A stretch of DNA of 64,000 nucleotides from Camelus dromedarius (Eukaryota). Location of the stretch: positions 41,170,001 through 41,234,000 of the forward strand of contig NC_087447.1 in the NCBI RefSeq assembly GCF_036321535.1, in the 5' to 3' direction. Positions 39,048 through 52,101 of the stretch are shown here, piece after piece; position 1 is the stretch's first letter; the number at the start of each line of letters is the position of its first letter. A program made the translations under genes and the position numbers. The notes under the pieces are model-generated. The model was given only the letters and a program-made list of their open reading frames with translations. It had not been told where the DNA came from and did no database searches.

Positions 39048-39186
39048 GGGGGAGAGTACAGCCCAGTGGTAGAGCACGTGCTTAGCATGCACAAAGTCCT
39101 GGGTTCAATCCCCAGCACCTCCATTAAAAATAAATGAATGAAATAATAAATAAATAAGCCTAACTACCTACCCACTCCCAAAAAAG
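39048..39186 (+). mobile_element. tRNA-Ala-derived camelid-type SINE
   Basis: cagtggtagagcacgtgcttagcatgcacaaagtcctgggttcaatccccagcacctcca, approximate TSD aagaa...tat(g/a)ggaac. Confidence 0.92.
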
Positions 39187-39419
39187 AATTTTTATAGGAA
39201 CAAAATAGTAATATTGGCAGCTTTTAGGAAAACGCAGGCTGAATCATCTATTACCCAGATTATTTCAGCAACCTCTTACATGAATTTCCTGCCTCCAGTA
39301 TTGTCTCCCTTAAACCCTTTCTTCACAATGCACCAAAAGTAATTTTCAGTCACTCCCTGCTTTACAATAAAACAAATGTATGTTTTTAAAAACCTCAATG
39401 CTCCCAATTCCCTACAAGA

Positions 39420-39580
39420 GAGATTCTTAATATGGACAAGGTTAAGGAATATATATAGGCTCTAAAATTATCTGTAAAGTTTTGAGTGTATATATTTTTT
39501 TCACTAGGGAGTAGGTCCACTGCTTCCATTAGTTTTTCAAAGGAGTCTATGAGCCCATAAAGAGTAAGGATTAATCTTCA
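39420..39580. mobile_element. hAT-Charlie MITE relic
   Basis: agggagtaggtccactgcttccattagtttttcaaaggagtctatga. Confidence 0.5.
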
Positions 39581-40789
39581 GGTAATTCTGAACTATTTAT
39601 AGTTTCCCAGGCCTTTTTGTGTGTGTGCTTATAACGTTTCCTCTGCTGAAATTTCTTTTATGAATGCACCAGATTGAATGTCTACCATGTGCTAGATGCT
39701 AGAAATACCACAGTGAACAAGCCAGAAGGACTCCTCTCACCATTTGGCATCGGGCTTTTGCTCATCCTTCAAGGCTTAGCTCAGCCTCACCGCCTCCAGG
39801 CAGGCTGAGGTATGCCTTCATTTTTGACCCCTTGACGTCTTGTACTTCTCTCTGACATTTTACAGGGACACCCTCTGTTTGCATGTCTTCTCTGCGGTTA
39901 ACAACATGTGGGCTCAAGCTAGCTTTGAATAATATAGCTCCTGTGTACAATGAGAGTTCAATAAACATTTGTTGTACTGAATAAAAAAAAAAAAAAGAGA
40001 GAGAGAGAGAGAAAACGTTCAAGATTGATCCTTTTTCCCCTGGAATGGAAACAAATGGCCCATTCCCTACTGATTTCACAAGACTGATGGAAAAGTCACA
40101 ATAAGATAGAGACTGTGATATGACTCTATTCAGAATCAAGATGAATTTCACAGTTAATGCATCCTTCTACTAATCTCTGAGATCTGAGTCCATAGAAAAA
40201 AAGGCAAAGGTAATGGTTCTGCAAAAACATGTCAGTGGCTACAAAATGAGCCTTATCCTTGGAACCTGGTGTTGAAAAAGGACTGAAATCCCATATTTCC
40301 ATTCAATACAGATCCAAGAACAGTCTGGGATTCTGCAGAGTATGTCCCTCCAGCTCCGTGGAGTGAGAACTCTGGGGCAAGACCTCTACTTCCGCTTATT
40401 TCTCTCCTAGCCACAGCAGGTGACACTGTTCTTTAAAGGCATGTCACAGTAGCCCTTAAACTACACTCAAGGTGCTTTTCTCTTTTGCATTTCCTTGTAC
40501 TCCGTTTCTCCCCTGTGAGAATTGTGCATGGCTCCAGAGAAGATTCGGATTGTTATACTGGAATACAAAGAGAAAGACTCCAAAATGGGTTGATGAAATC
40601 ATTCAGTAGTAATAGCTGTGGGAACAACAACAACAAAAAAGCACTTTGCCAAAGCTAAGCTATTTGAGAGAAAAAAAGAGAGAAATTGTTGAAATTCAAA
40701 AGGCAAACTGTTAAGGGAATAAGTCATGATGTCTGTCCATTAACCAAAAAAAAAAAAAAAGAAGAAAAAGATGAGCATTCTACCATAAT

Positions 40790-41510
40790 TGTTAACCAAA
40801 TGTAATCAAGCTTTTAAAATTATTTCCAACTTACAGGAAAAAAAATATTAAAAAGTTAAGAGGGGTGAGGGTATAGCTCAGTGGTAGAGTGCATGGTCAA
40901 CTAGATGAACCCAGGACCTCCATTAAAAAGTCAAGTAAATAAACCTAATTACCTCCCCCAGCAAAAAAAAAAAAAAAAAGTTAAGTAACACCAAAAGGAA
41001 ATGATCAGACAAATCAGAAGATGTGGCGTTCTACATGACAACTAGCCTGGCTCCTCAGATGCCAATGTAATTTAAAAGAAAAAAGTGAGGGAATTGCTTT
41101 AGAATAAGAGAGATTAAAAACCATGACAACAAAATGCAATACATTAACTCTGATTGGATCCTAGTTCTAAAGTATCAATTAAAAAGTCATGTCGGGGATA
41201 GTTGGGGAAGTTTGAATATATAATTTAAATTAGATGCTATTAGCAAATTATTATTCATTTTCTTAGGTGTGATAATGGTATTATTATGGAGAAGAATAGC
41301 TTCTTAGGAGATGCATACTGAATACTGAAGTATTTAGGAGTGAAAAGTCTACAATTTGATGTGTCTCGTATATAAAACTTTCTTTTAAAGTAAATATGGC
41401 AAAATGATAACAAGAGTTTAATCCAGATAATGTACATGCAAACATCACGGCTCTGCTCTCTCTCTTGTGAATGCTTGAAGATTTCTGTAACGAAGAGTTG
41501 AAAAATTCGA
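40790..41510 (+). mobile_element. L1MC/ME-type 3' relic
   Basis: atgacaacaaaatgcaatacatt...gattggatcct...tttcttaggtgtgataatggtatt. Confidence 0.75.
40862..40979 (+). mobile_element. Camelid-type SINE with internal inversion
   Basis: gggtatagctcagtggtagagtgcatg head, inverted tgaacccaggacctc, aaacctaattacctcccc tail, TSD aaaagttaag. Confidence 0.88.
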
Positions 41511-42984
41511 TTGAAAAGAGAGCAGATGAAACGCTAGACCATCCAACCCCAAGGGTTGGAACTGGAATTTCCAATGGCTCAGGACACTTATAAACCCCAC
41601 TGAGGGGAGGATAAGGATTTGAACAGGTCATACCCTCCAGTGCCTGTCCTTGAGTAGGGCTGAATGGAACCATTCTGAGATTTCTCCTGAGATCAGGCAT
41701 TGTTAAAACCCACCAACATGACTTGTAGAAATACCCAAACACATTCCTGAAGGTAACTAACATAGAGCGGCTCAAAAACAGCCTGTCACTTCTGAGCAAA
41801 CACCCTTCAGTTCCCAGCAGCCAAGGACAACAATGGATGGAACATTGGGAGAAGTAGAAACCGCCGGTAGTGCCGCTATTCAGAAGTGGGGATTGATTTG
41901 ACAAATTTCCACGCAGAGAAGTTATGTACTACAAGCTTCGAGGCTCTCTTGAATCCCATTTTCTCAGTGCCTTTTTGTTTTCAGAAAACGTGACTAAATC
42001 CAGAAAGCAGAATATAATGATGATGATATCATCTGTTCTCAAAGTCCCTGAGTTTCATAAACGAGCCAAAAGTTAAGAGGCATGGTCGGTCCGTACTAGT
42101 AAATTGTCACTCTGCTGGAAACAAACATTTTAAATTAAGAGAGATTAATAAATTGGTAATTTGTTGGAATAAACCACATCATCATTCTGTTATTAACAGA
42201 TCATGTGTAACCCGAAGGCTCCTGACCCTGGCCAGCCAGGAGGAACAATTAGGGCTGCATTCACATTAATATCTGAATCCCATTGGCTTGGCTCCCCTCC
42301 TTCAATCAGTCAAGAATTGCAGTGTCTTACAAAGTTCTCCTCAGGACTTTCCAAAGTCTCTCAGGAGGGCTTACAGATGAACAGGAATAAGCTCAGACCT
42401 CCCGACTAAAGGGTTCAGTCAATCAGGTCTTCTAATTTTCACACCTATGTCTTCCTCCCAGGGTGCTCTGGAGTCTCAAAGCTGCTCCCCTCAGGTGCCT
42501 GGTCCCCACTGCTGGGGCTGGCTTCCCCTGCCAGCCTACATCTTTCCCTTTCAGAGAATTCTCCCGGAAGGGGCCAAATTGTCTTCCTGAAACATGGCTT
42601 TTGTCCAAACCCCTCAAACTATCAGCTGTGATTCATAATGCCTGAAGCCCATTAGTGGACCCGGTTTCTTTCTTTGGAGTTCTTCCCTCCCCAGGTAGAA
42701 CATCAGATACAAATTAATACTCGGGAGGAAGGCTGTTGCCCAGCAACACACGTCAGATGTGGCATCTCACTTAGCTCCTCCAAGCTGAGACCCAGACAAA
42801 CATACACAGTGTATTTTATTTCTTATTTAAGAAAGTAACTTTACAGCTATAGACAGCACAATCAAATAAGTGGATATGTCCATTCAGCCTCTCCTGCCTA
42901 ATTTACAATAGTTTCTGGGAGAAAACGTTGTTTTTTTTTAACTATTGCTTAAAAGTTTCTGGAAATTTTCTCTCTCTGAAAAGA

Positions 42985-43330
42985 AGCAGACATGGATAAG
43001 CCTTAAGGACATTATGCTAAGTAAAATTAGTTAGACACAAAAGGACAAATACTATGTGATTCTGCTTGTATGACGTACCTAGAGTCATCAAAGTCAACTT
43101 TTAGAAAGTAGAGCGGTGGCTGTCGGGGGCTGGGGGAAGCGGGATGGGGAGATATTGCTCTACGAGCGTAGAGTTTCAGTTTGGGAAGATGAAAAAATTC
43201 TGGAGGTGGATGATGACGATGGCTGTACAACAGTGTGAATATATTTAATGCAACTGAACTACACACCTAAAAATGGTTACAGTGGCAAATTTTGTGTTAT
43301 ATATATTTCACAACAATAAAAATAAAAGAA
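42985..43330 (+). mobile_element. L1MB-type 3' end
   Basis: ggacattatgctaagt...acacaaaaggacaaatactatgtgattc...gagtttcagtttgggaagatgaaaaa. Confidence 0.9.
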
Positions 43331-44179
43331 CTTATACACCACTCTAAAAACAACGATGCTAGAAATGGACTTAACGGGTTGGTCCAGCCTGGGGAGGCCA
43401 GAGTGAAATGATTTGCCTGAGATACTGAAGGCTGAAGAGAAGAAAAACTGATTTTTTTTTAAAACACAGTGTATGGTAATAATGGTTATTCTCAGAAATG
43501 TAGCATTTTGGTTTTCTAGGCACTTCCAGGAGTGATCTAATCTGCTGTCATAACAAGCTGGGAGGCAAAGGATGAAGGGCAGAGGTTCAGACCCTGGCAT
43601 CTGCCCAAGGGATGCTCACGGCTTCCTTGGGGAACTGACACCCACGTTGCCAGCAAGGGAACTGAAGCTCAGGGAGGGGGGCTGACTTGCCCCAAATCCC
43701 AGGAACAGACACGCAGAGCAGAGACTTGACTGAAGTCTCTTGACTTGCTCCCTAGGGCTCTTTCTGCAACCAAGTATGAATTAAAGCAGAAGGCAAATGG
43801 GAAAGTCAAAAATAATTCCTGGCTGCGTCAAAGAATGAAAGAATCCTGATTCTACATTAAAACCCAAAAGACAAAAGGAGATAATTGGGAGATATATTTT
43901 AAGCTTTATACAATCCTCCCACCCCGCCTCTGAGTAGGAAAGTGGGTAAAAACAGAATCTGGGGTGAGAAGTCATCTGACTCACTCATGATGTGGTGAAG
44001 AATCTGTAAGCAAACACCCTGCGTTTATTTCCAGCACTGTGTCTCTTTCTGCCAGCCTTGGCAGCAGGTCACGGCGTTTGCTTCAGGGGCCCTCCTTTGG
44101 AGACATGGTCAGAGCCTTATTTTAAGACCATAGACGAAGCCTAAAGCCTGTGGCCATTAAGCTGGAATTTAAAAGGACA

Positions 44180-44622
44180 CGAAATATTGCCATTTGCAGC
44201 AATATGGATGGACTTAGAGTTTATCATACTGAGTGAAGGAACTCAGACAGAAAAAGACAAACATTGTATCCCTTATAAGTGAGATCTAAAAAATAATACA
44301 AGTAAACTTAATGCAAAACAGAAACAGGCTCTCAGGCATAGCAAACAAACTTACGGTTACAAAAGAGGAAGTGGGGAAGGATAAACTAGAAGTATGGGAT
44401 TAACAGATATAAAATACTACATATAAAATAAACAAAAGGGTTTACTGTATAGCATAGGGAACTATATTCAATATCTTATAATAACCTATAATGGAAAAGA
44501 ATCAAATGTATACATACATATGTGTAAACTGAATCACTTTGCTGCACACTTGAAAATAAAACAACATTGTAAGTCAACTATACTTCAATTTAAAAAAAGA
44601 GAACTAAAAAATATATAAATAA
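44180..44622 (+). mobile_element. 5'-truncated L1 with TSD
   Basis: ttgccatttgcagcaatatggatggac...caactatacttcaat, TSD taaaaggaca at 44170 and 44623. Confidence 0.95.
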
Positions 44623-46759
44623 TAAAAGGACAGACACAAGCAGAGGACGGATTAAGCCATCGGGCTGCCATGGTAAACTAGGGGTTAAGCATCCAGATGT
44701 GTGTTCTAGGCCTTGCCGGCCACACACACAGCTTTATCCACAGAACATCATCCTTGTGTCCCAGCCTGTTCCAGGAAGCAGCCAGCAAAGTTCCCTGCAA
44801 GAAAAAGCACGTGGTCTCAGAGGTGAACCCAGGACATCCTATGAGGTGCCAAGGATTTATCTGAGCAGCCAAATGTACACTGACAGACAGGTCTATGTGT
44901 GCTGGAGAAGATCGTTCCATGGCTCAGATGAGCGACTCATTGCGGAATTCACCCACAAGGGGAAGTGAGTTAATGACTGGGGAGTTTCGCCTTCTGCCCA
45001 GATGTGTCATAAAATCAACTTGTAAAGCCTGGCGCTGAGAATACACTTGCTCACCCAAATGTGGTTCTGTGGGGCTTTGAGACATTTCACAGGGTGAACG
45101 CTCACAGAGGAGAAAGTTCTTAGGCTGTCTGTATGCTAGGAACGGGGCCAGTGGCCTGAGCCTGACAGCTGGTCCAGGCGTGGTCAGATCTACTGACAAG
45201 CTGCTCAGAGCGGCCGGCAGCATCTGCTCCACATCTGGGACTTGTGACTCATCAGCCAGTCTCTCCCACAGGCCTGACACAGGCCCATCGACACTCTCAT
45301 GCAGGCCTGAGCATGCAGGCCCCAGGGTGCCCAGGGCCCAGCAGTCGGGGTCAGTCCTGATCGCCAATGCTTTGCCTTCCTCTGCCCCATAGACTCTGCC
45401 CGGTCCGCCAGATCCAGGTCCAAGGCAAACTGTACTAGATTGTCTCGGATCCAGGCTGAGCTATTATAAGAGGCTCCCAGGCTGAGACAGGTTCAAGGTC
45501 TCCTAGGCATTGGTGTCCGTTCTTGGCCCTTTAAATTTAGCAGCCCACGCTCCCGCCGTCCCCAGCTGGCCCACCAAAGCAAACCACCAGCAGCACCTGT
45601 TCCAGGCCAATCCTGTTTGCCCTGGACATACTATTTTTGCTCTTACCTCCCTGGTTCTCAGATTCCTGGCTCCATAGCCCAGCTGCCATAGCTGCTTCTG
45701 GCCCCTTCACTTTGGTGACCCTTCGGATTTCCCTTTTTAGACCGCAGCTTCTCGCGTGTTTCTGGCTCAGTTTGCTTCTGCAGCACTGGCTTGTCTCTTG
45801 GTTTCCAGTGAGGACCCATGATCTAGCCCCAGCCTCTGGGTACCCCCTCAGCTGGGATGGCTCACAGAAAAGGCAGAGGCTGAGAATTTGTTCCTAAGGT
45901 CCCTGCCTGTTTCTGACCACTCAACCTTGCTTTCCCCCTCCAATTCCAGCACTTGGAGGGGGGAGCTCCCCAATCATGCTGTTGGCCCCAACTTAGATCC
46001 TGTCCCTGGAGTCCCTCCCTCACCCAGAACAGCTCTGTCCTGGACTCAGCATCAGATTTCATCCTGGCCTTGCTGGGTTACACCAGGTCTACCCTCAACC
46101 TCCCCACTATCTCACTGAGATCAGAGTTGGGGAGTCCCTTGGCAGGAGTGGGAGAGGAGAGGGAAACACTGCCTCGAGTGGAGACTGGACAGGGCATAGC
46201 AACTGCAGGGAGTTTCACATCTGTCTGGGAACTTTTCTGTCTACGGATTAGGGGTTACTTACAGAAGAAGCCTCATGGGGCAGCAGAAGGCAAGGCACTT
46301 GCTATCTCAAGCCCTTGTTTCCTACTTTCTAAATTGGGGGTTGTTGGGAAGGGTATGATGTTCCAGATCATAGCTCAGACAACTTTAAGTTGTAAGACCC
46401 TGGAAGTTAAGAGTGGCCTCATATGATTCAGACTCTTTTCCTTGTCTGCCCAATCCCATGTCATGTCTGTCATGGACGGTCTCCCTCCAGCCCCTCCACC
46501 AAAGAACAAACAAATCCGCCCAGGGTTTCCCCCATTCCAATCTCTCCATTCCCTCCACTCCAGAAGGTGCTGAATCCAGGGCCAGAACCAGCCCCTGCTC
46601 CCCCTTTTCCTTCTCTCCAGCCCTCATCACCCCTTCCCTGGAGGCCCAGGGACCCGAAGACGATCTTCCCAAAAAGGTCCTCCAGCCACTCAGTTTTGTT
46701 TTCCCCAAGCCCCACAGGTAGCAGCTCTGTTGCATGACCATGTGCTAGGGCGGAATGAT

Positions 46760-46975
46760 GAGGAACGAGACTGGCACCGGGGCCCCAAGGCGATTACAGC
46801 TCTGCCGCTTACCAGCGATGTGACCCGAGACAAGTGATTTCATTTCTCTCTGCTTGTTTCCCCATCTCCAAAATTGGGATACTAATAGTCCCTCCCTCAC
46901 TGCATTGTTTTGAGGATTATATGAGGTCATTCATGCAGCAATGGTGCCTCTCCTATAATAAATATTGATGCTACA
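46760..46975 (+). mobile_element. MIR SINE
   Basis: ctctgccgcttaccagcgatgtgacc...gtttccccatctccaaaattggga. Confidence 0.8.
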
Positions 46976-47434
46976 AGCCCTCATTTATTGATTGCTCACT
47001 CTATGTCAAGCCTTATTCTAAATATCTTACATCCAATAATCCATGTTGCCTAAGCAAAGTAGAACTTGGACAGAAGGATCATTCCATAATTCTGACTGAA
47101 ATTATCATTCGTGTTTATTGTGCCCATGAACAGGAGCTGAAGTGCATTATCAAAACTCATCATAATTCCTGTTACTCCAAAGAATCAAATTGTTTTTATT
47201 TTTTAGTGTTCTCTCTAATGGCCTTGGTAAGGTTTATGTATGATAAGTATTCACACCTGGTCAAAAAATAAACTAAGTTGTAAAAGGTTAGAGAATTTCC
47301 CCCATCTGACTATAAACCCAGTGTGTAAAGATGACAAAAAGAAGCACCTAGGGGACAGAGACTCCCAACAGTGCCCCCCTTGTATGGCTACAAGCCTCTG
47401 TCATACTATAGGTATAATTATTTATGTATCTTCT

Positions 47435-47584
47435 TTGTTTTGGGGTTTGTGTGTTTTTTTTTTTTTTTTTTGGTGGGGGGAGGTAATTAGGTTTATTCAT
47501 TTATATAATGGAGGTACTGGGGATTGAACCCAGGACCTCGTGCATGCTAGGCAGGCACTCTACCACTGAGCTATACCCTCCCCC
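47435..47584 (-). mobile_element. tRNA-Ala-derived camelid-type SINE
   Basis: ggggaggtaattaggttt...ggattgaacccaggacctcgtgcatgc...actgagctataccctcccc, TSD aattat(t/g)tatgtatctt. Confidence 0.95.
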
Positions 47585-47808
47585 TCAATTATGTATGTAT
47601 CTTTTGATTTAACATTAAATCATAAACAGTTTCCATGTTGTTGTATAGTCTTTGAAATTATCATTTTGATGACTGCAGAATAACTCATTTAGCTGAATTA
47701 CCATAATTGAACTGACCTCATGACTGGATATTGGTAGATTTTTACCATTATAAATAATTCTGTAGTAAACATCTTAGCACAAGTGACTTTTTCTTTCTTT
47801 TAGAGTTC

Positions 47809-48105
47809 TTTTTTTTTAATTGAAGTATAATTGATTTACAATGTTGTGTTAGTTTCTCATGTATGGCATAGTGATTCAGTTATACATTATATATATATAT
47901 ATAAATATATATATATAAATATATATATATAAATATATATATATAAATATATATATATAAATATATATATATTCTTTTTCATTACAGGTTATTATATGAT
48001 ATTGAATATAGTTCCTTATGCGATACAGTAGGACCTTGTTTATTTATTTTATATATAGTAGTTAGTATCTGCAAATCCCAAACTCCTAATTTATCCCTCC
48101 ACCCC
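47809..48105 (-). mobile_element. 5'-truncated L1 3' end containing an AT higher-order repeat
   Basis: ttgaagtataattgatttacaatgttgtg...ctgcaaatcccaaactcctaatttatccc. Confidence 0.9.
47888..47972. repeat. (TA)n with five perfect 14-bp units AAATATATATATAT
   Basis: AAA at 47903, 47917, 47931, 47945 and 47959. Confidence 0.95.
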
Positions 48106-48904
48106 TCTTTAAGATTATTTCTTACACTAATTTTCAGAGATAGGGTTACTGAGTCAAAGAGGCAAACTGAGGCTATTTAAAGCTATAATTGCTTCTATCA
48201 GCTCATGCATCCCTTTTCAGTCCTTATCGAAGGATTCTATTTGAAGGACGAAACACTCTGGCGAGAGGAAAGCAGAAAAAAGGAGAAAGGAACTGGCATT
48301 CACTGTTGAGTGCCAGGCATCTTGCTGGCTTCAAAATGAATCTTTGACGTGCTGCAATCCGGCCTGCCTAAATTTGTCATCATTGCTGTTGTTGTTTTGG
48401 CCATTTATGAAGACATTCTCCAGACAGCACATTAGAAGCTTTGTTCACTCAATCACATTCAATCCTCATAGCCATGCTCTGAGGAAGATGTTATTATCCC
48501 TGTTTTACAAAGGAAGAAGCAGGAAGTCGGAGAGATTGATCCAAGGTCGCACAGCTAACCAATGGAAGAAACTGGGTCCAGCCACACTCTGTTCCAGCCC
48601 TTCCCCCAGCCCTGAAATTACAGATGGGATTTACCACCCTCTGCTCAGTATGGATGGAGGGAATGCTAGCAATGGGGGCTGGGGGGAAGGGTAAGCTGCG
48701 GGTCTGCCCTGAAGAGGACTGAACCCTCCTGGCCCTCTGCCCACACACCCTTTCCCTTTTCTTTCTTGCTGATGAAAAGCATAATATTATAGGTGACATT
48801 GTTTAATACACGCACGTACACATGCACACTCCATGGAGAAGGATCCCTGTAAATATAGGATCCACCACCTATCAAAGATGCTGACCAAGGACTTACCAGT
48901 GTCT

Positions 48905-49046
48905 TTTTTTCCCTGTTTTTTGTGGGAGGGAGGCAATTAGATATATTTTTATTTTTTATTATTTTTTAACAGAAGTACTGGGGATCGAACCCAGGACCTC
49001 ATGTATGCTAAGCACGCACTCTACCACTGGGCTTTCCCCTTCTCCC
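48905..49046 (-). mobile_element. tRNA-Ala-derived camelid-type SINE
   Basis: gtactggggatcgaacccaggacctcatgtatgctaagcacgcactctaccactg. Confidence 0.92.
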
Positions 49047-49584
49047 TGTGTCCTTTGAGGCTAAGTATCTCTTAGAACAGATACTACTCAACCTGAGCAC
49101 ATGGACGGGGCCTAACTTATGTTAATATAGCTCTCCCATAGAATTACTTGATCTGGCCCAGCATTTACCAACTTTACCTACATTTGAATATCTGAATTAA
49201 ATCACCTAACTTCAGAATATAGTCATTCTAGCCTTTTTTTCCCCTACCCTGGGGGACCTGAATTATTTTTCCTTCGTATTTTGCAACGTTGCTTCTCCCA
49301 AATACATTAAATTCATGAAATTCCAGCTGTTGCTCAATGATGCATCTGGGCCATTGATATCGTGGCTCTCTTAGTTACAGCTACCAAGGAACAGACTGCA
49401 GCTGGATAGGGTTATGAAAAGACAGGGGCTGGCACCTGCACAGACCAACGATCCTGTGATTAGTGAAATGAAGGGGTTAGGAGCCACTGCTTGGGGTGGC
49501 AGGCAAGCATCTTGAAGGCTCCATGAGCTGAGTTCTGCAGGATACTGGACTATGCACACCATGCCTCCCTCAAGCCTCTTCCAG

Positions 49585-50480
49585 ATGCAAGTGAAAGAAA
49601 CTTGACTGGCTGAAGTAGAGAAAAATTAGTGCCCCCTACCTGCAAATTCTAAGGGTAGTCTTCAAGTGTGACGGATCCAAGTGCTTAAATATGTCATCAG
49701 GACTTGCCCCCCATCTCTTTGCTCTGCTTTCCTCTCTTTAGAAGGATGCCAAGATGACCACCAGCTCCAGGCTCATTTTTTACAGAAATCCCAGTGGATA
49801 GAGAGTACCTGTTACTCAATTGTTTCATTAAAAGTCCCAAGACTGACTCTCAATTGGCCAGAATTGGTTCACGTGCTGAACATCTTCAGCTTGACCTTGA
49901 AATCCACTCTCCATCCTTCTTCCTGCTCTGTAGCTGGGAGGCTGGCCTGTGTAGATGCTCCAATGGCTCCTTCCAATGGGTCTTGTCAGTGGGAAGACCA
50001 GCAGGAGATTGAAGGAAGGGAAAACAATGAGGTCATTTTCCCCAGATCCCTTTGCAAGGGTCTGCATTGGGTAGCTGAGTCTCTTGGCCAACAGTCACAG
50101 GACCTGCCTCAGCTCTCTCAACACATCTTTCCGTCTTTGAGTTCCAGTAATGGCTCCTCAATCTCACCTCTACAATCTGTGGGTGGTGCCAGTGACCCAC
50201 AAAGAGTAACCCCAAGAACTGCACTATCTCTTAGAGTTTTCCTATACTCTGCCTACACTTCCTTGGGAAGGTTATTGGAGAGTTTCCATCTGTTTTCAGG
50301 ATCCTGGCTGATACAGCTAACATACTCATCCCTAAATCAAATCCATGTTTCTCATCGGACAGGCCTGAGTCACATGCCTACCCCTGAAACAAAGATCTGA
50401 AATCAGCTCCATCCAAACTGCAGGTACTAAGAGTGGAGGAGGCAGTAGTCCCCCGAAGGGAAAGACAAAAACAACCTATG
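49585..50480 (-). mobile_element. Old MLT1 relic with nested LTR33-like LTR
   Basis: MLT1-like flanks (gcaagtgaaagaaac..., ggcctgagtcacatgcctacccctgaa) on both sides of the nested element. Confidence 0.6.
49875..50315 (-). mobile_element. LTR33-like ERVL solo LTR
   Basis: ctgctctgtagctgggaggctggcctgt...cagcaggagattgaaggaaggga...ccatctgttttcaggatcctggctgataca. Confidence 0.75.
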
Positions 50481-52101
50481 ATTGCTATATTTAGCAACAT
50501 AGATAAGAAGAAATTTTAATCATACGTTAGTGCTAGAGTACCAGGCATTCTTCAGAAGCATTACTTACATATAAAGAAGGATGAGCTTCAGAGAACAGAC
50601 GCACGCCGAAACAGCAATAATCCATGTACATTCAAACCAATGCCTCCAAAAGACCTGGCCACTCATTTTCTGAGCTCGGGGCTGTTGACAACTCTCTTCT
50701 GGAACAAATTGAAATTTCTATCATCAATTCATTTTGAAATGTCATAAAACAAGGTAGGCCTTGGCTGGCTGAACAACAAAACAGGCCCTCTTGGCAGCTT
50801 AAATGAGCTGCCCCTGACAGTAGGAGAGGGGACAAGGCATTAAACATTGCCAAGGATGGACAATTTGGAAACCGCCTAGTGGCAGAAATGACAAGGTCAA
50901 AATTGTAACCACTTTGCAAAAAAATGACATCATTTGAAGGATAAACATAAAATGGGACAATAGCAACCTCATCACAGAGCTATAAATGCTTAGAAGAACA
51001 TTCAGCCAGATGTCCTTATATCTTACCAGGGAATTCTTTTGATATTTGGTTAACCTCCACCACAGTGACTTGTTCTGCCATCGATGAGTCACTCTGCGGG
51101 GAAAACCATGGACCCCTACCCCAGGGAATCCCAGCCCTTAACCATTACCCAGAAAACTAGTAGTGCAGATTTTAGTTACCTCACCCTCCAACCCCATGTT
51201 TTAATGGAGCCTCCACTGTGCCTTTTTGATGGACAGGTTGACGTTCAATGACATTCTGAGGATATTTGGCATTCCTGGTTAGTTTTCCCAGTAAAACTTC
51301 AGATACTGCTTTGGGTGGAGTTCAGGAATATGCATTTGCCAGGAGGACAGGCCTTCTGAGCTTGTTGTGTGCCTCTCCTAGTCCCACTGATAACTCCTTG
51401 GTATACAATTCCATCACTGTTCTCTTCACCTATAAAGAAAACACTTGGATATCAGCTCATTGAGGAAAAGAGAGATCTAAAGAAACAGTTGGCTTCAGTG
51501 CCTCTAGAGTCTCATAAATGAAAAGTTTGAGTCCCAGAGAGAGAAGAAATCCAAGGACTCTAGCCAGTGGAATCCCTTAGCCACATCTGGGCTCTGTTAG
51601 TGTGATAGAAAGATTATGGGCATCAGAGGCAAACAGACCAAGTTCAAGTCAGTTTGTGACCTTGAGCAAGTCACATCTTTATGAGTTTGAGTTTTCTTCT
51701 CATCTAGTATCGTTTCCAAGACACTAATGATATGATAAGCATTAAAAGTAAAAAATGTGTTCTGTGAACCCAGGCAGCTCTGATCAGTATTTCCAAGGAC
51801 ATTCCTGTTTTGAAGGACCCATCTAAGCAAAAGTTATCAATAAATGTAGAGAACAGAATAGAGGAGTGGAAGCATGCCAGAAAGGTTTTATCTCACCAGC
51901 CATCTCTGCTTGATTCACAGTAGCTCCCCGGAACACTGTATCCAAAAGGATACTAAGGTCGTATCTAGGCTCATATTTGGGCTCAGTGGGAAAAAATGCC
52001 CTGATCAACAAGTAAAAGAGGAGAGTCTGGCACCATGCATGACACCCCTGTTGTGGTGATTGAGAAGACTGAGTTTGAAAGTCAATTCTTGGTGGAAGAA
52101 A

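Noticed and set aside
39048..39123. tRNA-Ala(AGC)-like sequences here and at five other sites
   Set aside because: They have mutated stems, SINE-specific tails, A-rich ends and in most cases TSDs. They are SINE heads, not tRNA genes.
44744..44963. Open frame bounded by AG and GTGAGT
   Set aside because: The acceptor tract is weak, the peptide is unrecognisable and no neighbouring exons support it.
49681..50400. 239-aa ORF
   Set aside because: It runs across nested MLT1/LTR33-like LTR sequence, starts at GTG and shows no protein motifs.
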